Shown here piece by piece: positions 14,880 to 28,630 of a DNA stretch of 64,000 nucleotides; position 1 is the stretch's first letter, and every line of letters begins with the position of its first letter. Both the position numbers and the translations under genes were made by a program. This DNA comes from the human T2T-CHM13v2.0 reference genome, Homo sapiens. The stretch lies in NCBI RefSeq assembly GCF_009914755.1, contig NC_060933.1. The stretch is one strand, 5' to 3'. The notes under the pieces were generated by a model. The model was not told where the DNA came from and made no database searches. It saw only the letters and a program-made list of their open reading frames with translations.

Positions 14880-17149
14880 CATTTCTTATTTTTCTAATAG
14901 GCACTAACACTGAAAAAGATGAGGAAACAATATCTAAGCATAACAAATGGGGAAATGCTATAAACCAACAAATGTGCTTTTTATGAGAATTTTCTAGTTC
15001 AAAAAAATGAAATACTACTTACAATGACATTTGCTATCCTAGGTATCTTGTGCTTCCTCATCTGCTGGTGTCACTAAATTGTTATGTAACAAAGTCATTG
15101 GATGCGTCATAGAAAATATGCCCAAATTATCCATTTTTTGAGAAATGTATTATATGTGGTGCCTGGTTAGCTTTTTTATCTTGACAAAGCATGGGGACAA
15201 TATTCCATTGTGACATGATTGGCTGTTGAACATTAAAGAAAATAAGCTAACTACATGTAAAATTTTTCAGCTCTGTGAATGAAGCTTCATTCTCTTTCTT
15301 GAGAATGGCAAAATGTATTTTTTTGTGGGGGGGCAATCACATTACCGTGCCGAAATATTTTGTTTTCCATCTTGTTGGTGCCTTCTGACACTCTTCATTT
15401 TCTTTTTATGGGTTTTTAATTAATTCATTAATTTCACCTCTCAGCATGAAGGATAATGCTCATTCAGAGTTTGACATTTCTCCATTTGGCAAATTGTTGT
15501 TGCAGAGGATGTTGTCGGTTTGATGTTGAATTTGATAAAATATCCTATTTAAATATTCAAATTTTAGATTCATAGAGCTTTTATATATGAGAACATTTTC
15601 CAATAAGTATCATTTAAAAAGTTCTAACTTACAATATTTTATGGCGTCTAGTATTAACAATGAAAAAATAATAAGGAAGTCTGGAGTGGGAGAGATTGGT
15701 AAGAATAAGTTGAGACACAAAATAGGAATAACTCTATTTACAGAAATCTCTCTATGCTGAAATCATGTTTACTAGTCACCACAGGGAGAAATGGAACATG
15801 AGCAGCAGATGTATGTGATAACTGATGAGACACTGAATATATTGTCTGTTTGGAAAGGAGTCACAAATAAAAATTCAAATATATTATGCCTGGTAGAAAG
15901 GGTGACATCTAAAACTCAATCCAGTGAAATAAAGGACCCTAAAGCTCTGCCATTTCTGAATTCTCAGGTCAACTTAATTCCAGGGGGACCTGTCGTTTTT
16001 GTGAGCAATAAAACCCAGCTGATGTTATTATTAGATACAATCCATTCACTGCATACTATGAGGGTAAAACATCTTATTCTCTAGGGAACAGACTAGTGAT
16101 ATCTCCTTTTGGAGAAAAAAAAAAGTATGAAAGTGTCTTTTTTGAGCAGGAAATAAAACGCATATTTCCTTCAATAACAAATAATAGATTGAGCTTGATA
16201 AAGGGGTCTGGGAATTTAAAGATTCTCTGAAAATTCCTCTAGAGAAATTAGGAATAACTGTAGACAAATTAGGTGAGGAGAGAGATGGGCTTTCTCCCCT
16301 TTCTCCCTTCAGAAAAATAATAATAATAAAACTCATATAAATGTGTAACGCTTCTTTCCTCAGTTTTAGTAAGCAATTAATCAGCTCAGTAATATAGGCA
16401 CCAGTACACTTTATGGATATGTAAATTTGTTGGATGTTTTATGCTATAGACTCATTGTATTTGCATTTACACCATTTTTTTCTGCATTGTTTAACAAAAC
16501 TGTACATGCAGTTGAAGTCCTCTCTCCACTGTATATAGGTAGGCACAGCCTTTCCTGATAAGGAGCACAGGAAATCAGACTAGATTTACACAAAATGGCA
16601 TTCCCTAGCTGTATTTGAACTGCTGATGTAGCAGCCTCTGCACCCTCAGCTTGAACTTATCCAAAGGAGAGAAGCATTTGTTTTCCTCCATATGAAGAAA
16701 AAAGGAAGAACCTAGAGGGCACACCTTCACCATAAATCTGCCTGAGAAATTTCTGTGGCTCCAGTTCCATGTGGGAAGGCATTGACATTCTTCTTCAGGC
16801 GCCAGAAACTTCCACAGAGAATGTAAGTGGTACGCTTATAGAGCACCAACCTGGAAACCACACATCCTGAATTTTAAGCTCTTTAGAATAAGGCAACATA
16901 CAAAAGACATATGATTGTGTGGGATAAGCATTTGCTGGTTTAACATGTAAAAATTATCAAGCATGTCCATTATGGGTACACATTCCCGTAGACGCTAAAA
17001 CTGTGTGTTACAGGTCTTATATATTTACTCATATTATAATTTCCAACATATACTCAGAACAAAGAAGTTCTAGATTTACCATAACACTAAGAATAATGAC
17101 TTGCTTTTTTGTTTTTGTTTTTTAAATGATTTCTATATTTATTAATTAA

Positions 17150-17312
17150 ATTAATGCTTGCATATTATTTTTAAAGTCTGTTACTATTATTCATTGAGCC
17201 AATAAAATGTATCATCTTTTAAGTCTCAGGTATGATTCTGAAATTCCAAGAAAATAGTAGTGAACAAAATCATCAAGGATCTGACTCTGTCATGGAATTA
17301 ATTAGCTTGCAG
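17150..17312 (-). mobile_element. L2 3'-end relic
   Basis: 'attcattgagcc...agtagtgaacaaaatc...tctgtcatggaatt' resembles the L2 terminus; highly diverged. Confidence 0.45.
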
Positions 17313-17554
17313 TAATGGATAATGCATATTTACTAACTCATTAAATGCTACTATTAGTTTCTCCATTTTGTCCAAATTTCAGAGAACAAGGGACTTAATA
17401 TTAAATCTGGTTTTAATTTGTACAGGGTTTTAAAATTTAATTTAATTTGTATGTCTACAGAGGTAAAGTGAAATTCTGATTAAAGATAGTGTGAAGGGGA
17501 TTGAATTAGGGTATTTATCTATTCCCCAAATATATTTTTTGGCTATGGTTTGAG

Positions 17555-17556
17555 AT

Positions 17557-17607
<51 letters not shown>

Positions 17608-17695
17608 CATATATATGTATATATATATGTGTGTGTGTGTATTCTGAAAAGTTACATATATTTACTGAATATATATATATATGTATATATATATT
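17555..17695. repeat. (TA)n ~22 units plus compound TA/TG repeat
   Basis: Seen directly. Confidence 0.95.
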
Positions 17696-18548
17696 TACTG
17701 AAAGAGCTACAATCACATGTCCATTTGTTCTGATGAAGTAAAACTCAATCTAAATGTTTTTATAATCATGAAAATCCAATGACTGTTACAAAATCTCAAA
17801 CACTGTCCTAAGTCCTCAAGAGCTAGATGTCTCTCTCTCTCATTCTTCCTTTCCCTCTTTTTTTAAAAATAAATTAAAATGTGGATGATCCAAACTATTC
17901 ACAAGAATCCTAAGTCAAAAGCCAAGAAAGATTCTGTTTTCTAGATATACACAATCTACTGTAATGTTTCTTGATGTAAGATATGTTAATAGTCTATGAA
18001 TCAGCTTATTAAGGAGCTCTGTTTAATGCTGCTACTAAATCCAATATAAGTTTTCACCCATTCACCTTAGGCTTTTTTAAAACCAAAATGTTCCACTTGA
18101 AAACCTATCTTCAGAGCCTCATAAGATATAATAAGTAACACCAGTGTATCAGAATTATCACACAAATTTTACTGTATAATGATAATTTTTCCTGGACCTC
18201 CTAGGGATTGTTCAGTTTAGCAGTAGTAGAGGAATTTCTGTCAATATTTAATCTGTATTGACTGTTGGATTGATTACAGTGCATGATACTGATTACATCC
18301 ATCTTCCCAAACAGTGTAGTCCCTCCTGGTGACAAAACTCTATTGATACACTCTCCCTGATCATGAAAAATTGCAAAACTGCTGAGATTTCTACTTTTAT
18401 ATAATTTATTACCCTTCCCAGATAATGCAAGAAGACATGAAGTTATATTTTGTTTTCAATCTTTGTTGTGTGGTGGTTTTATAAGACAGAGATTAACAGG
18501 TCCTATCACAGCCATTTTACCACCTTTGCCCTTTGTCCTGTAGAGCAT

Positions 18549-18940
18549 TGTATTAGTTCGTTTTAATGCTGCTAACAAAGACATACCTGAAACTGGACAA
18601 TTTACAAAAGAAAGAGGATTAAGGAACTCAGAGTTTCACATGGCTGGGGATGCCTGACAATCATGGTGGAAGGCAAAGAGGAGCAAGTCATGTCTTACAT
18701 GGATGGCAGCATGCAAAGAGAGAGCTTTAATAAAGAACACAGGTACTTTCATGCAGGGATACTTTCATGTTTAAAACCATCAGATCTTGTGGGACTCATC
18801 CACTATCACAAGAAAAGCACAAGAAAGACCCACCCCCATAATTCAATCACCCTCCACCAGGTTTCTCCCATGTGTCATGGGAATTGTGGGAGTTACAATT
18901 CAAGATGAGATTTGGGTAGGGACACAGCCAAACAACAGCA
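18549..18940 (-). mobile_element. THE1B-like solo LTR
   Basis: tgtattagtt...gaggagcaagtcatgtcttacatggatggcagc...gacacagccaaac; TSD agca(t/c) at 18544-18548 and 18941-18945. Confidence 0.9.
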
Positions 18941-19599
18941 AGCACCATTTTGTTAATTTTTAAAAAATAAAAACATATTTTGTCGTTGTTTAAAATACAC
19001 AGGAAATGTGATACTACAAGTTATACTGTTCTATGGAAACTTTGTATAAACTACAGTAAAACAAATGAGCAATTTTTGATTTTAAATTTTAAAACCTTTT
19101 GCCTATTGAAAATCATCTGAATACACAGGAAAAAATATTCCTATTATTATAATGATAGATGATACACAAGGCTTTAAAATAGCAGAAAAAGACAGTGTTT
19201 TTATTCTTATTTCAGAAATCATGAATAATTATATTAAAAGGAAAGCACATGTTATTTTGAGGTAAAATATTGGAACAACAGTGTATGAAGGAATACCCTA
19301 AATGCCTGCATTTAGTAAATGCCCAAAATGTTAAATTGAGATACTGAAAGATGCTTGAATTTGATTTGTGGCAAATATAGCAGATTTTATTCTATAAAAG
19401 AGACACTCATTCTGTAAAGGAAACTGTAATTTTCTTGTTTGAGCATGCAGAGAAAGTTGCATTAGTCTTATAATAAGAGATTCTGGGATGCACTGTGATA
19501 CCATAGAGTAGTGGTTGTGCTTCAACTGAACGAGAAATCAAACAGTGGGGTGGAGATTCACTCTACACAGCTAGCATCCCTAAAGCTGGGAATCTCTAT

Positions 19600-20520
19600 T
19601 GGCTGTGGAAAGATAAAAGCTAAAATAACTCTGACACAAAAATGAAAACAAGCACATACCCTAGTACAAGGACATTCATAGAAAAAAACCCAAACAAAAA
19701 CATATTTTCATACATTTTCTGAGTCAGAAAGAATGTCTTCTGAAAAGAACATTAGCATGACCTTTCCCAACATAAGCATTTTCAAAGTAGAAAGGAGTAT
19801 GAAATCTATAAAAAGATACACATATACAAAAAAGAAATGAATTAGTTTTTAAAAGCTATAAATGGACATTTGATAGAAAAAAGAGACACTATTGAGCAAA
19901 TAAAATTCATTTCCAAACATTACAAAAACTCAAAGAATTTCAAAAATCAGCCAAAATAAATTGACTCCAAGTTGAAATGCCACAACTCTGGGAAAATACA
20001 GAAAGAGACAAAACATCTCTGGCAGGGCCCATAGAAAGGAGTTGAAGGTAATACTGTCTAAGAATTATAGAAAACGTTGGAAACAGTCCAAAGGAGAACA
20101 GACACAGTTGAATAGACAATAAGCTACATGAAAGATAGGAATAAGTGAAAGCAAGATAAACAAAAGCAGAAGAGAGAAAGAAAGAAAATTATCACAACAT
20201 AACATATGTAAAGTTTATAAAAAAATTTGTATTTATATCCCCCCAAATGAGAACTAAATAAAAGTATCAGATAAAAATGTAAAAATATAAAATATTATCA
20301 CAAAGGAAGTCTTGCAAAACATATCTTATAAATTACAAGAATTTATATCATGGAAGGGGCTACCGTATTTCATAAAAGTCAGAGAGAAACATTGAGACAG
20401 ACTGACAAGAGGCTAGATGTTGAAGGCAGAGAATTCCATGAGCATTCAAGCAAATGTAATTAAAGCACCCATGAAGAGAAAAGAGAAAACCAAACTAGCC
20501 TCACTGCTAGAAAGAAACTG
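19600..20520 (+). mobile_element. Probable ancient L1M/HAL1 ORF1-region relic
   Basis: A-rich segment with motifs such as 'agacacagttgaatagacaataagctacatgaaagatagg'; highly diverged. Confidence 0.4.
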
Positions 20521-20736
20521 CTGATCAGAGACAAAAAAAAAAAAAAAAAGAATTTTATCTGACATTTTCATTGTCATTTCTTTGATTACTAATAAGATGA
20601 AAAAACTTTTTATTTATTTATCAACCATTCTGTTTCCCTTTTTTGTTAAGTTCTTAATACATTAGATCTATTTTTCCTTTAGTTTACCCATTTTTTCTTT
20701 TAGCCATATATATATATATATATATATATGCCCAAG

Positions 20737-23700
20737 TTTTTGTTATTATACTTTAAGTTCTGGGATACATGTGCAGAACGTGCAGGTTTGTTACATAGGT
20801 ATAAACGTGACATGGTGGTTTGCTGCATCCATCAATCTGTCATCTACATTAAGTATTTCTCCCAATGCTATCCCTCCGCTTGCCCCCCATCCCCTGACAG
20901 GACCCGGTGTGTGATGTTCACCTCGCCGTGCCCATATGTTCTCATTGTTCAACTCCCACTTATGAGCGAGAACATGCAGGGTTTGGTTTTCTCTTCCTGT
21001 GTTTGTTTGCTGAGAATGATGTTTCCAGCTTCATCCATGTCCCTGCAAAGGACATGCACTCATTCTTTTTTATGGCTGCATGGTATTCCATGGTGTATAT
21101 GTGCCACATTTTCTTTACCTGGTCTATCATTGATGGGCATTTGGGTTGGTTCCAAGTCTTTGCTATTGTAAATAGTGCTGCAATAAACATACATGTGCAT
21201 GTGTCTTTATAGTAGAATGATTTATAATCCTTTGGGTATATACCCAGTAATGGGATTGATGGGTCAAATGGTACCTCTAGTTCTATATCCTTGAGGAATC
21301 ACCGCACTGTCTTGCACAATGGCTGAACTAATTTAAACTCCCAACAACAGTGTAAAAGCATTCCAATTTCTCCACATCCTCTCCACCATCTGTTGTTTCC
21401 TCACTTTTTAATGATTACCATTCTATGTAGCATGAGATGGTATCTCATTGTGGCTTTAATTTGCAGTTCTCTAATGACCAGTGATGACGAACTTTTTTTT
21501 CATATGTTTCTTAGCCACATAAATGTCTTCTTTTAAAAAGTGTCTGTTCATATCCTTCACCCACTTTTTGATGGGGTTGTTTGTTTTTTTTCTTGTAAAT
21601 TTGTTGAAGTACCTTATAGATTCTGGATATTAGCCCTTTGTCAGATGGATAGACTGCAGAAATTTTCTCCCATTCTGTAGGTTGCCTGTTCACTCTGATG
21701 ATGATTTCTTTTGCCATGCAGAAGCTCTTTAGTTTAATTAGATCCCATTTGTCACTTCTGGCTTTTGTTGCAATTGCTTTTGGTGTTTTAGTCATGAAGT
21801 CTTTGCCCATGCCTATGTCCTGAATGGTATTGCCTAGGTTTTCTTCTAGAGTTTTTATGGTTTTAGGTCTTATGCCTAAATTTTTAATCCATCTAGAGTT
21901 AATTTTTGTATAAGGTATAAGGAATGGGTCCAGTTTCGGTTTTCTGCATATGTCTAGCCAGTTTTCCCAGCACCATTTATTAACTAGGGAATCCTTTCCC
22001 CATTAATTGTTTTTGTCAGGTTTGTCAAAGATCAGATGGTTGTAGATGTGTGGTGTTATTTCTGAGGCCTCTGTTCTGTTCCATTGGCCTATATACCTGT
22101 TTTGGTACCACTATCATGCTGTTTTGGTTACTGTAGCCTTGTACTATAGTTTGAAGTCATGTAGCATGATGCCTCCAGCTTTGTTCCTTTTGCTTAGGAT
22201 TGTCTTGGCTATATGGGCTCTTTTTTGGTTCCATATGAAATTTACAGTAGCTTTTTTCTAATTCTGTGAAAAAAGCCAATGGTAGCTTGATGGGGATTGC
22301 ATTGAACTTATAAATTACTTTGGGCAGTATTGCCATTTTCATGATAATTATTCTTCCCATTCATGAGCATGGAATGTTTTTTCATTTGTTTGTGTCCTCT
22401 CTTATTTCCTTGAGCAGTGGTTTGTATTTCTCCTTGAAGAAGTTCTTCACATCCCTTTAAGTTGTATTCCTTGGTATTTTATTCCCTTTGTAGCAATTGT
22501 GAATGGAAGTTCACTCATGATTTGGCTCTCTGTTTGTCTATTATTGGTGTATAGGAATGCTTGTGATTTTTGCACATTAATTTTGTATCCTGAGACTTTG
22601 CTGAAATTGCTTATCACCTTAAAGAGTTTTGGGGCTGAAACAATGGGGTTTTCTATATATACAATCATGTCGTCTGCAGACAGAGATAATTTGACTTCCT
22701 CGCTTCCTAAATACCCTTTATTTTTTTCTCTTGCCTGATTGCCTTGGCCAGGACTTCCAATACTATGTTGAATAGGAGTGGTGAGAGTTGGCATCCTTTT
22801 CTTATGCCAGTTTTCAAAGGGAATGCTTCCAGCTTTTGCCCATTCAGTATGATATTAGCTGTGGGTTTGTCATAAATAACTTTTATTATATGTTCCATCA
22901 ATACCTAGTTTATTGAGTGTTTTTAGCATGAAGCGTTGTTGAATTTTATCGAAGGCCTTTTCTGCATCTGTTGAGAAAATCATGTGGTTTTTGTCATTGG
23001 TTCTGTTTATGTGATGGATTATGTTTATTGATTTATGTATGTTGAAACAGCCTTGCATCCCAGGGATGAAGCCGACTTGATTGTGGTGGGTAAGCTTTTT
23101 AATGTGCTGCTGGATTCAGTTTGCCAGTATTTCATTGAGGATTTTTGCATTGATGTTCATCGGGGATATTGGCCTGAAATTTTCTTTACTCTAGACCCTG
23201 TTGGCCTGGGTATCACCAGCAGAGGCTGCAGAACAGCAAAGATTGCTGCCTGCTCCTTCCTTTGGAAACTCATCACAGAGGGGCACCTGCCAGAAGCCAG
23301 CCGGAGATCTCCAGTATGAAGTGTCTGTCAACCCCTGTTGGGAGGTGTCTTCCCATCAGGAGGCATGGGGGTCAGTGACCCACTTAAGAAGGCAGTCTGT
23401 CCCTTATCTGAGCTTGAGCGCTGTGCTCAGAGATCTGCTGCTCCGTTCAGAGCCAGCAGGCAGAAACCTTTAAATCTGTTGAAGCTGCACCCACAGCCAC
23501 CCTTTCACCCAGGTGCTCTGTCACAGGGAGATGAGAGTTTTATCTATAAGCCTCTGACTGGGGCTGCTGCCTTTCTTTCAGAGATGGCTTGCCCAGAGAG
23601 GAGGAATCTAGAGAGGCAGTCTGGCTACAGTGGCCAGTCAGAACTTCCAGGTGGCTTTGCATACGCTGTGAGGGGAAAACCGCCTACTCAAGCCTCGTAA

Positions 23701-24350
23701 TGGTGGACACCCCTCCCTCCGCCAAGCTTGAGTGTCCCAGGTCAACTTCAGACTGCTGTGCTGGCAGCAAGAATTTCAAGCCAGTGGATCTTAGCTTGCT
23801 GGGCTCCTTGGGGGTGGGATCCGCTGAATAAGACCACTTGGCTCCCTGGCTTCAGCCCCCTTTCCAGGGGAGTGAACGGTTCTGTCTCACTGACGTTCCA
23901 GGCATCACTGGGGTGCCAAACAAACAAACAAACAAACAAACAAAAAACTCCTGCAGCTTGCTTGCTGTCTGCCCAAACACCTGCCCAATTTTGTGCTTGA
24001 AACCTAGGGCCCTTGTGGTGTAGGGACGAGGGGAAATCTCCTGGTCTGTGGGTTGCGAAGACCATGGGAAAAGCGTAGTATCTGGGCCCGATAGCACCGT
24101 CTCTCCCGGCAGAGTCCCTCAAGGCTTCCCTTGGCTAGGGGAGGGAGTTCCCCCACCCCTTGCACTTCCCAGGGGAGGCGACAGCCCACCCTGCTTCAGC
24201 TCGCCCTCCTGGGCTGCACCCACTGTCTAACCAGTCCCAGTGAGATAAACCAGGTACCTCAGTTGGAAATGCAGAAATAACCAGCCTTCTGTGTTGGTCT
24301 CACTGGGAGCCACAGAATGGAGCTGTTCCTATTCAGTCATTTTGCCTGGG
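20737..24350 (-). mobile_element. L1PA7-like LINE-1 with both ends but a ~2.8 kb internal deletion
   Basis: 3' end 'ctttaagttctgggatacatgtgcagaacgtgcagg'; ORF2 RT/C-terminal remnant runs to 23187 and is joined directly to 5' UTR (23188-24350). The YY1 site is mutated. Possible TSD agccata(t/c)at at 20702-20711 and 24351-24360. Confidence 0.9.
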
Positions 24351-24545
24351 AGCCATACATGGGATTATTTTTAAAACTGTATCTTCTCAATGTATAGATT
24401 GGCTTTTTACTTTCTTATATTTTCATTAACCGAAATTGTTTTAGTTTAGAATTATTGCTCAATCCTTCCCTTTATAGTTTGTGCTATTTGTTTCTCTTTA
24501 AAAAGGGTTTTCTGCCCTGAAATCACATTCTTCCTGATTTTCATT

Positions 24546-26647
24546 TAATTTTTAAACTATTTATTTTGAAATAATTATAAATTCATAGAAAGTTGCAAAG
24601 ATAGTACCGAGAAGTCCCCAGTACCTTTCCCCTACTTCACCCAGTTTCCTCCATGGGTCACTTATTACACAACAACAATACAAGAACAACAGCTGGAAAT
24701 CAGCAATGGTACACTGCATGTGAATATTCTGTTATTTTATCACATGTGTAAATTCATGGAACCACCAATAAAATCAAGATACAGGAATATTTTTTTACAC
24801 CAAATCTCCCTCATGCTGCACCTTCATATTCACACCCACTTCCTTTCCCCTACCATCTTAACTCCAGGAAACCACTAATTTGTTCTCTATGTGTATAGTT
24901 GTGCCATATTGAGAATGCCATATAGACAGAATCTTATGGTATGTGAGATGACTCCAATTGTGTTTTTCCTCACTCAACATAAATCCATCGACTTTGTTGC
25001 ATCTATCAATAATTTGTTCCTTTTTATTGCTGAGATATGTATCTGGCTATGAATGTAGCAATTTGTTTAACCATCACCAATTCTAGGGCAATTTGACTGT
25101 TTCCAGTATTTTTGATCATTAGAAATAAAACTGTGAATGATCATGTAGAAGTTTATGTTGAAAATATGTTTTTATTTCTATAAGTGCTAGGGAGTGTGAC
25201 TGATCACTGGGTCCTATAGCAGGCATATGTCTAGTAATTTTTCTTTTACAAAACCCTTCATTTTAACTTCAGGGGTGCATGAGCAGATTTGTTACATAGG
25301 TAAATTTGTGTCATGTGGGTTTGTTGTCCAGGTTCTTTCATCACCCAGGTATTAAGCCTAGCACCAATTAGTTATTTTTCCTGATCTTCTCCCTCCTCTC
25401 ACCCTCTGATAGGCCCCAGTTTGTGTTGTTCTCCTCTATGTGTCCATCTCTTCTACGTGTCCATGGGATCTCATCGGTTAGCTCCCACTTATAAGTGAGA
25501 ACCTGCAGTATTTGGTTTCATGCTCCTGCATTAGTTTGCTAAGGATAATGACCTCCAGCTCCATCCATGTCCCTGCAAAGGACATAGTATTATTCTTTTG
25601 TATAGCTGCATAGTACTCCGTGGTGTATATATACCATATTTTATTTATCCAGTCTGTCATTGATGGGCATTTAGGTTGATTCGATGTCTTTGCTATTGTG
25701 ACTAGTGCTACAATGAACATACATGTGCATGTATCTTTATAATAGAATGATTGCTTTATATTCCTTTGGGTATATACCCAGTAATGGGATTGCTGTTGAA
25801 AGATATTTCTGTCTTTAGTTCTTTGAGGAATTGCTACACTGTGTTCCACAATGGATATTGAACTAATTTATACTCCCACCAACAGTGTATTAGCATCCCT
25901 TTTCCTCTGCAACCTAACGGGCATCTGCTATTTTTTGACTTTTTAATAATAGCCATTCTGACCAGTGTGAGATGGTATCTCATTGTGGTTTTGATTTGAA
26001 TTTCTCTAATAATCAGTGATGTTGAGGTTTCTTTTTTATATATGTGATTGTTGGCTGCATGTATGTCTTCTTTTGAAAAGTGTCTGTTCATGTCCTTGGC
26101 CCACTTTTTTTTTATGGGGTTATTTTTTCTTGCAAATTTGTTTAAGTTCCTTATAGATTCTGGATATTAGAACTGTATAATGCAGAAATTTTCTCCCATT
26201 GTGTAAGTTGTCTGTGTACTCTGTTGATAATTTATTTTGCTGTGCAGAATCTCTTTAGTTTGATTAGATCCCATTTGTCAATTTTTGCTTTTGTTGCGAT
26301 TGCTTTTGGCATCTTCATCATGAAATCTTTGCCCACACCTATGTCCAGAATGGTATTGCCTAGCCTATGTTGTCTTTCAGGGTTTTAATAGTTTTTGATT
26401 TTACATTTAAGTCTCAGTCTATCTTGAGTTAATTTTTCTATATGGTGTAAGGAACGGGTCCATTTTTAATCTCCTGCATATGGCTAGCCAGCTATCCCAG
26501 CACCATTTATTGAATAGAAGATCCTTTCCCCATTGCTTGTTTTTTTTTCAGGTTTGTCAAAGTTCAGATAGCTGTAGTTGTGTGATCTTATTTCTGGGTT
26601 CTCTATTGTGTTTCACTGGTCCATGTCCCTGATTATTGTTTTTAATT

Positions 26648-26682
<35 letters not shown>

Positions 26683-28196
26683 TTACCAGAACCATGCTGT
26701 TTGGTTACTGTAGCCCTGTAGCATAGTTTGAAGTTGGGTAGCTTGATGCCTCCAGCTTTGTTCTTTTTGCTTAAGATTGCCTTGGCTATTTGGGCTCCCT
26801 TTCTGTTCTGTATGAATTTTAAAATAGTTTTTTGTAGTTCTGTTAAGAATGTCAGTGGTAGTTTTATAGGCATAGCATTGAATCTCTAAATTGCTTTGGG
26901 CAGTATGGCCATTTTAACAATACTGATTTTTCCTATCCATGAGTATGGAATGTTTTCCATTTGTTTGTGTCATCTCTGATTTTCTTGAGTAGTGTTTTGT
27001 AGTTCTCCTTGTAGAGATCTTTCACCTCCATAGTTACTTGTATTCCTAAGTATTTCATCTACTTTCTTAGGTTTATGCCTACATTCTTTGTATTTCCAGA
27101 GTGACTGCACCACTTCACATTCCTACTGGCAGTGCACCAGACTCAGTTTCTCCACATCTTTGACAGACTTTAATATTTTTTTCTATTTCCTTTTTAGATG
27201 TTCTGCTAATTTTGTGGAGATATTACATCATAATCTTAATTTGCATTTTTCTGAGGGCTATCGATTTGAACATTTTTTATATGCTTCTCATCTTTATATC
27301 TACCTCAATAAAATGTCTCTCTATATATTTTGCCATATAGATAGATAAATAAAATATATATGTGTATATTACATAAAAAATATACATTATATATTTACTG
27401 TTGAGTTTTGAGAGTTCTTTATATTTTGTAAATGCAAGTCCTTTGTCAGATATGTGATTTGCAAGTATTTCTTCCTATTCTGTAGGTTGTTTTTTAACCC
27501 TTTATTTACAGGTCATTTAACAGAGCAAAGTTATTAATTTTGATAAAGCTGAATTCATTATTTTTAAAAATTATTTTATAGTCCATGATTTGGTGCAATG
27601 TGTAAGAATTCTTGACTGAGCCTTAGCTCCCTAAGCTTACTTCTATGTCTTAGTGTCTTATGATTTATATAGAAATTTATGATCCATTTTGAGTTAATTA
27701 ATATAGAAGGTATGAGGTTTACGCTGAGGTTCAATTTTTTTTTTTTTTTTTTTTTGCCTATGGATATCCAGTTGTTCCAGCACCGTTTTCTGAAAAGACT
27801 GTCCTTCTTTCATTAAATTGCTTTGCACTCTGTCAAGAATCAGTTAACTGTACTTGTGTGCAGTTATTTTTGGGTTCTCTATTCAGTTCTGTTTATTTTT
27901 TTGTCTATTCCTTGCCAATGGCAGATAGTTTTGATTACTATAGTTAGATAAAAAGCTTTATTGTTAAGTATAGTGATTCTTCTCACTTTGTTCTCTCTCT
28001 TTTTTTTTTTTTAAAGGGATTGTCAGTTATTCTTGGGCTTGTGCCTTTCCCTATACATTCAATAATAAGTGTATCTATGTCTTTAAAATGTTGCTCGTAT
28101 GTTGATAGGAATTCGATTGAATAGGAAATCTGTAAATAAATTCGGGGAGAGTTGATATCTTTACAATCTGAATTCTTCCAGTCTGTGAGTACTATC
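24546..28196 (-). mobile_element. L1MC-like element (pieces 24546-25237 and ~27085-28196) split by a younger L1PA
   Basis: 3' end 'tttattttgaaataattataaattcatagaaagttgcaaagatagtac'; ORF2 antisense motifs resume after 27085. Confidence 0.7.
25238..27060 (-). mobile_element. 5'-truncated L1PA13-like LINE-1
   Basis: 3' UTR 'caggggtgcatgagcagatttgttacataggtaaatttgtgtcatg...catcacccaggtattaagcctag'; ORF2 C-terminal fragments at 25478-26873. Confidence 0.85.
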
Positions 28197-28630
28197 TGTA
28201 TTATAGCATTCTCACACTGCTTTAAAGACTTACAAGAGCCTGGGTAATTTATTAGCAAAAAAAAAAAAAAAAAATGAAGAGAGAAATTTAATCAGTTCTG
28301 CAGATTGTACAGGCTTCTGCTTCTCGGAGGCCTCAGGAGACTTACAATCATGGCAGAAGGTGAAGAGAAAGCAGGCAAATCTTCAAAAGGGCAGCAGGAG
28401 AGAGAGAGAGAACGAGCAAAAGAGAGAGAGTGAAGGAGGAAGTGCTATACATTTTCAAACAATCAGATCTCTTGTGATGACTTTATCATGAGAAGGCACT
28501 AGGGATATGTTGCTAAACCAATAGAAACCACCCCCTTGATTCAATCACTTCCCATCAGACCTCTCCTCCAACACCAGGGATTGCAAATCCACATGAGATT
28601 TGGGTGAGACACAAGGACAAACCCATATCA
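28197..28630 (-). mobile_element. MST (MSTA/B-like) solo LTR
   Basis: tgtatta...ggaggcctcaggagacttacaatcatggcagaagg...catgagatttgggtgagacac...ccatatca; TSD c(t/c)atc at 28192-28196 and 28631-28635. Confidence 0.88.

Noticed and set aside
15060-15540. Promoter or exon (two CCAAT-like boxes, a CRE-like TGCGTCA, an acceptor-like ctctcag)
   Set aside because: No CpG island, no matching strong donor, and short motifs are expected by chance. Cannot be supported without conservation data.
23170-23210. Spliced integrated L1 (SpIRE) as the cause of the internal deletion
   Set aside because: The GT of the 5' UTR is retained at the junction and the ORF2 side resumes within an A-tract rather than after an AG, so it does not fit GT-AG splicing.
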